DNA from: Sulfuriferula multivorans
GTDB lineage: Bacteria > Pseudomonadota > Gammaproteobacteria > Burkholderiales > Thiobacillaceae
DNA length: 34,726 nt
Direction of reading: 5' to 3'
Assembly (NCBI GenBank): GCA_010365175.1
Contig: JAAFGW010000001.1
Coordinates: forward strand, 1-34,726
Shown: positions 29,077 through 34,726 of the stretch, piece after piece
Numbering within the stretch: position 1 is the first letter of the stretch
How the letters are laid out: every line of letters starts with the position of its first letter
Notes under the pieces: model-generated
The model's input: only the letters and a program-made list of their open reading frames with translations
The model's database searches: none
Told to the model about the DNA's origin: nothing
Made by a program: the position numbers and the translations under genes

Positions 29077-29203
29077 ACGCTTCTCCACGAGGATCATTGG
29101 GCAGGCGGCAATGGCCACCCCCTGTGTGGATTACATTACGGCAACGAATGCAGCTTCTTTAATGTGAGCTTCTCAGAGCAAGCACACTTTTTGCAGGCGA
29201 AAT

Positions 29204-29232
29204 AAAAGGGCGCCATTAAATGGCGCCCTTTT
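29204..29232 (-). terminator. Intrinsic terminator (bidirectional form)
   Basis: AAAAGGGCGCCAT-TAA-ATGGCGCCCTTTT downstream of the 29259..30164 gene. Confidence 0.85.
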
Positions 29233-29258
29233 GACCCTCAACCGTACAGGGGTGCCAG

Positions 29259-30164
29259 CTATTGCTGCCAGCCTTCTCCCACTGATTTCTTGTCAACGCC
29301 CGCCAAACCATTCATGGTTTCCAGTACGGTTGCAGGCAAAGAAGAAATCCGCATAAACTGCCCCATGCCCACATCCGGGAAAGCCAATGCAATCCGGAAC
29401 CGGGCATGCGGTGATTCCACCTGCTTGTCATTGATGTAAATCTCGTAAGGCAAACCCGCAACATAGTTCTCCATATCGATGCGCTTGATCCATTCGCCAT
29501 CGGCATTGTCGCCATCATTCATGGCCACACCGAACACCGCCAATTTGCGGTCTGCCAGCACGACTTCATAAATCTTGGCCGTTTTACCCACACTTTTTGC
29601 CAGGTTTTCACGAACCGTCTTCAATGCCTCGGCAAAACTGCCGTATTCAACCAATTTGTTTTTATACGAATCCAGACGCTCCATGCCGATCATGTAACGG
29701 TAATTGGCCAAGCTTGCAGCCGCCTCATCACCGCCCACCCCTTTTCCAGCGCCGAGTGCATCCTGCAAACGTGCCTGCAGCGCCTTAACCGCGCCTTCCT
29801 TCTTGTCAAAGGATTTGCGGAAATACGCGCGATACCAGTAGTCAGGATTGGTGTAAGTCACACTGCCATCGGCTTTGACCCCCACCCGAATGGCGGCGCC
29901 TAGCACAGCGTTGCCACCCACGGAACCCACTTCATTCAACATGGCGTCATCCGTGACCACAACCACCCCGGAGCCTGCCAGGCTTTTGGGAAAGTATTTA
30001 CCAACCACTTTAAAACCATGGGCTTTGAGCTTGCCTTCGACGGCTGACGCCACGGCCTGAACACTGCCCCCAGCTAGCGCATCACCTTGAATATAAGGGG
30101 AAATCGCCCATGAAGTTGATGAAAAAACAAGAAAAGCACACGCTGAAATCCACCGCTGAATCAT
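29259..30164 (-). CDS. Secreted/periplasmic hypothetical protein
   Basis: 301 aa; SD GAGGAG; Sec signal ending SWA; own terminator. Confidence 0.8.
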   Translation of the reverse strand: MIQRWISACAFLVFSSTSWAISPYIQGDALAGGSVQAVASAVEGKLKAHGFKVVGKYFPKSLAGSGVVVVTDDAMLNEVGSVGGNAVLGAAIRVGVKADGSVTYTNPDYWYRAYFRKSFDKKEGAVKALQARLQDALGAGKGVGGDEAAASLANYRYMIGMERLDSYKNKLVEYGSFAEALKTVRENLAKSVGKTAKIYEVVLADRKLAVFGVAMNDGDNADGEWIKRIDMENYVAGLPYEIYINDKQVESPHARFRIALAFPDVGMGQFMRISSLPATVLETMNGLAGVDKKSVGEGWQQ

Positions 30165-30344
30165 TCCGATCTCCTCGATTATTGAATTATTGAAATAAAT
30201 AATGTCGATATACCATATAACAGAACCGAGAGGATTCTACCATCAGCATATAAACTAATGTACTAGAATTTCCGCTTTCAAAAAGGTGGCTTTATTGGCT
30301 CTGTCTCGCTTATTGCTTTGGCGGAAGCCGGAATCAGACTGCCT

Positions 30345-30527
30345 TCAAAAGGCAACCATCTCAAAATCATCCTTACGTGCCCCACAATCCGGGCAGGTCC
30401 AGTTGATCGGCACATCCTCCCACCGTGTGCCGGGCGCAATTCCGTCATCAGGCGCGCCGGTCTCCTCATGGTAAATCCAGCCGCAGATCAGGCACATCCA
30501 ACTCTTGTATTCAGGGGTTTCAGGCAT
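30345..30527 (-). CDS. Rubredoxin, 60 aa
   Basis: C-terminal part of ORF 30345..31001: WMCLICGWIY...GIAPGTRWEDVPINWTCPDCG. Confidence 0.96.
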   Translation of the reverse strand: MPETPEYKSWMCLICGWIYHEETGAPDDGIAPGTRWEDVPINWTCPDCGARKDDFEMVAF

Positions 30528-30581
30528 AGGACAAGGGTAATTCAAGCTAAAATCGGAACTTGATTTTAAAGCAGTGACATC

Positions 30582-31424
30582 ATGCCGCCTATTTTCACCC
30601 CCAAACCCACGCCTCCGCTGGTGCTCAGTTTTGCCGCGTCCGACCCGACCGGCGGCGCGGGGATCCAGGCTGACCTGCTGACACTGGCCAGCCTGGGTTG
30701 CCACCCGCTGTCGGTGATTACTGCGCTGACCGTTCAAGACACTGCCGGGGTGGATGAAATCCTGGTGATCGATTCCGAGTGGGTGATGGATCAGGCGCGC
30801 ATGTTGCTGGAGGACGTGCCGGTTGCCGCTTTCAAACTGGGCATGCTGGGCAGCCCCGAGTCGATCGCGATCATCGCCGAGATTCTTGCCGATTACCCCG
30901 ATATTCCAGTGGTGCTCGACCCCATCCTGTCGTCCGGCCGCGGTGATGAACTGGCCACCGAGGACATGATTTCGGCGATGCGCGACCTGTTGATTCCACA
31001 AACCAGTGTGCTAACGCCCAACAGTCACGAAGCGCGCCGGTTAGCCTTGTTCGAGTCTGACGAGGAAGACATGGCGCTTGAAGCATGTGCCAAACACTTG
31101 ACCGATCTGGGGTGTGAGTACGTACTCATCACTGGGACACACGAAACCACGCCGCGCGTATTGAATAGCCTGTACGACGCCAACGGTCACGTCCAAACCG
31201 ATGCCTGGGATCGTCTGTTGGGAAGCTATCACGGCTCGGGCTGCACCCTGGCCTCGGCCATCGCTGCCAATCTGGCTTATGGGCATGACGTTCCCACTGC
31301 GGTACGCGAAGCTCAGAATTTCACGTATGAATCCCTGAAAGCGGCCTTCCGGCCCGGGATGGGGCAATATATTCCCGATCGATATTTCTGGGCCCAGGAC
31401 GGCTTGGCGGAGGGCAACGCTTGA
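30582..31424 (+). CDS. thiD: Hydroxymethylpyrimidine/phosphomethylpyrimidine kinase
   Basis: ASDPTGGAGIQADL, ALTVQDT, VLDPIL, LTPN, YHGSGCTLASA. Confidence 0.93.
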   Translation: MPPIFTPKPTPPLVLSFAASDPTGGAGIQADLLTLASLGCHPLSVITALTVQDTAGVDEILVIDSEWVMDQARMLLEDVPVAAFKLGMLGSPESIAIIAEILADYPDIPVVLDPILSSGRGDELATEDMISAMRDLLIPQTSVLTPNSHEARRLALFESDEEDMALEACAKHLTDLGCEYVLITGTHETTPRVLNSLYDANGHVQTDAWDRLLGSYHGSGCTLASAIAANLAYGHDVPTAVREAQNFTYESLKAAFRPGMGQYIPDRYFWAQDGLAEGNA

Positions 31425-31439
31425 TTGTCTGCATCCACC

Positions 31440-32075
31440 ATGCTTAAGTTTCCCGGCGGAATTTACGCCATCACCCTAGAAACGGCCGATACCGAGCAGT
31501 TGTTGAAGCAGGTCGAAGCCGCATTGGCAGGCGGCGTGGCAGCCGTCCAGTACCGCGACAAATCAGCCGATGTGGCCCGCCGCCATGCGCAAGCCAGTGA
31601 ACTCATTGCGCTATGCCACCAATTTGGTGTGCCACTGATCATCAACGACGACCTGCGATTGGCCGATTTGTGTGATGCTGACGGGGTCCATCTGGGACGT
31701 GATGATGGCACCCTGCGTGAAGCTAGAATTATCTTGGGCAAACACAAACTGATCGGTGCATCGTGTTACCAAAGCCTGGAACTCGCACAGGCAGCTCAAT
31801 CTGCAGGCGCTGACTACGTTGCGTTCGGCAGCTTTTTTCCATCACCCACCAAGCCTGTGGCCGAGCGGGCAGACGTGGCACTGTTAAGCCAAGCCACACC
31901 CCTTATTCACATACCGATTATCGCCATTGGCGGGATCACGCTTGCCAATGCACCGCACCTGCTGGATGCCGGCGCGGACAGCCTCGCCGTATTGTCGGCC
32001 CTGTTTGATACGCCCGATATCCGTTCTGCCGCGCACGATTTGAATCAATTGTTTGAAGCCGAACCCGAAGAATGA
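31440..32075 (+). CDS. thiE: Thiamine-phosphate synthase
   Basis: GIYAIT, VQYRDK, LIINDD, DGVHLG, GASCY, SPTK, AIGGI. Confidence 0.95.
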   Translation: MLKFPGGIYAITLETADTEQLLKQVEAALAGGVAAVQYRDKSADVARRHAQASELIALCHQFGVPLIINDDLRLADLCDADGVHLGRDDGTLREARIILGKHKLIGASCYQSLELAQAAQSAGADYVAFGSFFPSPTKPVAERADVALLSQATPLIHIPIIAIGGITLANAPHLLDAGADSLAVLSALFDTPDIRSAAHDLNQLFEAEPEE

Positions 32076-32083
32076 GATACGAA

Positions 32084-32217
32084 CCTAAAAACCGCAGTTG
32101 ACCGCTCTTTAACTCAAGGAATGCCGCATGAATATTGACTTTTTTGTCTTCGATGACCTTCACCTTTTAGGTGAGAACGCTACGCACCCGCTGGCACGTC
32201 CAACTGCGGTTTCTAGG
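32084..32217. mobile_element. 134-bp MITE-like element with 17-bp terminal IRs
   Basis: CCTAAAAACCGCAGTTG 32084-32100 / CAACTGCGGTTTCTAGG 32201-32217 (1 mismatch); fills the thiE-hemL gap; no obvious target duplication. Confidence 0.7.
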
Positions 32218-32224
32218 ATCAATC

Positions 32225-33502
32225 ATGAACCGTAACGAAACCCTGTTTGAGCAATCGCAAAAAGTCATCCCCGGCGGCGTGAATTCCCCTGTGCGCGCAT
32301 TTAAAAGCGTTGGTGGAACGCCGTTGTTTATTGATCATGCAAAAGGCTCACGGGTGTGGGATGCGGATGGTCGCGAGTACATTGATTACGTGGGATCGTG
32401 GGGGCCGGCGATTCTCGGTCACGCCCACCCCGGAACGGTCAAGGCAGTACAGGAAGCAGCCGAGCGCGGGTTATCGTTCGGCGCGCCGTCGGCGGCCGAA
32501 CTGGAGATCGCCGAATTGATCACCCAACTGGTGCCCAGTATCGAGAAGGTTCGTCTGGTGTCATCAGGTACCGAAGCCACCATGAGCGCGATCAGGCTGG
32601 CGCGTGGGTTTACCGGGCGGAGCAAGATCATCAAATTTGAAGGCTGCTACCACGGACACGCCGATTTCCTGCTGGTGAAAGCGGGCTCCGGTGCGCTCAC
32701 TTTCGGCAACCCCACCTCGGCTGGCGTACCGGCCGAAACCGCTGCACAAACACTGGTTCTCGATTACAACGATGTCGCCGGACTGGAACGAACCTTTGCC
32801 GAGTTGGGCACCGAGATCGCCTGCATCATCGTTGAGCCGTTTGCCGGCAACATGAATCTGGTCAAGCCGACAGCCGAGTTCATGGCTGCTATGCGCCGCG
32901 TGTGCGATGCATCGGGTGCACTGCTGATTTTTGATGAAGTGATGACTGGCTTTCGCGTCGACCTGGGTTGCGCTCAAAAATTGCTCGGCATTCGCCCCGA
33001 CCTCACCACGCTGGGTAAAGTGATCGGCGGAGGCATGCCGGTCGGCGCCTTCGGTGGCCGTGCTGAGGTGATGGACAAACTCGCGCCGCTGGGCCCCGTG
33101 TATCAAGCCGGAACCTTGTCAGGCAACCCCGTCGCAGTTGCAGCGGGCCTGGCCACACTCAAGGCAGTCAGCGAGCCAGGGTTCTACACACGCCTCACCG
33201 CCAATACCCAACGCCTGGTCGCGGGCTTGTCCGCAGCGGCGAACGACGCGGGCGTCACGTTCTGTGCTGATTCGGTCGGCGGCATGTTCGGTCTGTATTT
33301 CGCAGCGAAACCGCCGACCAGCTTTGCCGAAGTGATGCAATGCGACAAGGAACAATTCAACCGTTTCTTCCACGCCATGCTCGACCACGGCATCACCCTC
33401 GCGCCCTCTGCATTTGAAGCGGGCTTCGTATCGGCGGCGCACACCGACGCCGACATTGACGCCACCGTTTCTGCAGCCAGCACCGTTTTCAAGGCCCTAT
33501 GA
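32225..33502 (+). CDS. hemL: Glutamate-1-semialdehyde 2,1-aminomutase
   Basis: [63 protein letters not shown]. Confidence 0.98.
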   Translation: MNRNETLFEQSQKVIPGGVNSPVRAFKSVGGTPLFIDHAKGSRVWDADGREYIDYVGSWGPAILGHAHPGTVKAVQEAAERGLSFGAPSAAELEIAELITQLVPSIEKVRLVSSGTEATMSAIRLARGFTGRSKIIKFEGCYHGHADFLLVKAGSGALTFGNPTSAGVPAETAAQTLVLDYNDVAGLERTFAELGTEIACIIVEPFAGNMNLVKPTAEFMAAMRRVCDASGALLIFDEVMTGFRVDLGCAQKLLGIRPDLTTLGKVIGGGMPVGAFGGRAEVMDKLAPLGPVYQAGTLSGNPVAVAAGLATLKAVSEPGFYTRLTANTQRLVAGLSAAANDAGVTFCADSVGGMFGLYFAAKPPTSFAEVMQCDKEQFNRFFHAMLDHGITLAPSAFEAGFVSAAHTDADIDATVSAASTVFKAL

Positions 33503-34563
33503 ACGACGAGCTTTCCCCTGAAGACGAACTGCGACTCAACGTCCTGTTCAACACCGAACTCAAAGCCGTCCGCATCGACGAGTCGAGCATGACTTTATGG
33601 GCGCTCACGCCACAGGGGGAAGCCAGTGTGCCGCTCAAACCCAACGAGCGCGCCGACCGCTATTTAAAAAAAGTGCGCGAACTGCTTTCGGGTCACGCCC
33701 TGGGTTCCCCGGGTGGCTACCCCGTGCATCTGACACGCTGGACGCGGCAATCTCAATCTGGGCTATCGCCCAAGCATCTGGCGCAGTTGTTATTGATCGC
33801 CGAGGAAGAAGCGGTGGTGGCCGTGGTTCACTCGAACGCACTCACCGATGAAATGGCACGCCATGCATGGTGGTGCATGCCGACCATCGAGAACGCGCGA
33901 CTGATGCTGATGCGTGACGTGGTTTGCCAAGGCAGTATGGGGCGCACACTGGCTGAGTTTCTGGTCGATCACCTGGCTTTTCTGCACGAAGACGACGTCG
34001 GCATTCTCGATACAGTCGCTGTGATGCTTTACTCCGGTGTGTTGACCGATGCAGAGCGCCTGTCGATCTGGAAACGCGGCAACACCCGCAATTCCTATTA
34101 CACCGCATTTCTCGAATTACAACCTGACAACCTGCCCAACCCGCGCAATGCACGACCGGATTTCGCCGGCGTGCCTCGGCTCACGGATAACCCGTATAGC
34201 GAGATGCTGGAAAAAGTGTTATCGGGACAAGGGCAAACCTTTCTTCTGACCCTCTCCACCATTCTCGACCGCCCGGAAATTCAAGAAGTCGTCAACCACA
34301 CACTTGCTGCCTTGGCACAATGGTGTGCGCCATTACGCCAGACCTCCGAAACAACACGCAACGAAGCGCGTGAAGCGATACTTGCGGTCGCCCCTCAATT
34401 GGCGCCCGATTGCATGGCCCTCGACGCGCTGGCCGCGATAGATGCCGATACCGTGCGGCCTATTTTTATCAAAACTACGGCAATCGGGTCGCTGATGCGG
34501 CGCAAGATTGAACCCATAGTCAGGCCATTACTGGACAGCATTACGACACTGCGCCGCAACTGA
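33499..34563 (+). CDS. dsrS: Sulfur oxidation-associated protein DsrS
   Basis: [61 protein letters not shown]; ATGA overlap with hemL. Confidence 0.87.
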   Translation: MNDELSPEDELRLNVLFNTELKAVRIDESSMTLWALTPQGEASVPLKPNERADRYLKKVRELLSGHALGSPGGYPVHLTRWTRQSQSGLSPKHLAQLLLIAEEEAVVAVVHSNALTDEMARHAWWCMPTIENARLMLMRDVVCQGSMGRTLAEFLVDHLAFLHEDDVGILDTVAVMLYSGVLTDAERLSIWKRGNTRNSYYTAFLELQPDNLPNPRNARPDFAGVPRLTDNPYSEMLEKVLSGQGQTFLLTLSTILDRPEIQEVVNHTLAALAQWCAPLRQTSETTRNEAREAILAVAPQLAPDCMALDALAAIDADTVRPIFIKTTAIGSLMRRKIEPIVRPLLDSITTLRRN

Positions 34564-34574
34564 GCTTCAGTTCA

Positions 34575-34726
34575 CTAGTGTCGTGAATCAGAAATAGGGG
34601 GACAAAATGAAACGGATGGATTTTTTACCCGCAAGCACCCTGAAGGGCATAAAGGCATAAAGGGCAGGCCGTGGTTGTAAAGCCGACAAGTCGGCAACAA
34701 CCACGCTCTCGCGTGGCAAGGCGCGA
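34575..34726. mobile_element. MITE-like element, copy 2 (truncated by window edge)
   Basis: CTAGTGTCGTGAATCAGAAATAGGGGGACAAAATGAAACGGATGGATTTTTT matches the reverse complement of the copy 1 right end (about 7 mismatches in 52 nt); shares a 45-bp hairpin. Confidence 0.75.

Noticed and set aside
30528-30581. TPP riboswitch before thiD
   Set aside because: Gap is only 54 nt and lacks the CTGAGA...ACCTG core.
30528-31001. Long N-terminal extension on rubredoxin
   Set aside because: Antisense to thiD; the true protein is the last 60 aa.

Overview
Chromosomal window from a sulfur-oxidising betaproteobacterium, most likely Thiobacillus-like (inferred from dsrS, the pilGHIJ-chpA arrangement and the rubredoxin-thiD-thiE-hemL block). 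Left to right: (i) a minus-strand RND efflux operon (MFP, permease, partial lipoprotein) preceded by a structured non-coding segment that resembles an orphan IS110-family end; (ii) a metal (probably Zn) homeostasis cluster: one-Cys DksA, COG0523 GTPase, displaced YidD homologue, DUF2946-like CxxC/RAPP upstream ORF missed as such by the ORF track, outer-membrane barrel, ZnuA- and ZnuB-like proteins, no ATPase; (iii) tandem-STAS protein, hslV, hslU, UPF0114; (iv) a three-gene bufferin-type RiPP cluster (six-Cys precursor, DUF692/MNIO, DUF2063); (v) a 34-aa-repeat solenoid protein and a Sfum_1244-like protein; (vi) the type IV pilus chemosensory operon; (vii) a secreted hypothetical protein, rubredoxin, thiD, thiE, hemL, dsrS. 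Three MITE-like elements are present, two of them carrying the same 45-bp hairpin in different relative position and orientation. Best candidate for an undescribed system: the RAPP arrest-peptide uORF plus SD-occluding stem controlling an ATPase-less metal uptake module next to a YidD paralogue. Family calls are from motif recognition by eye; no database searches were run and counts are by hand.
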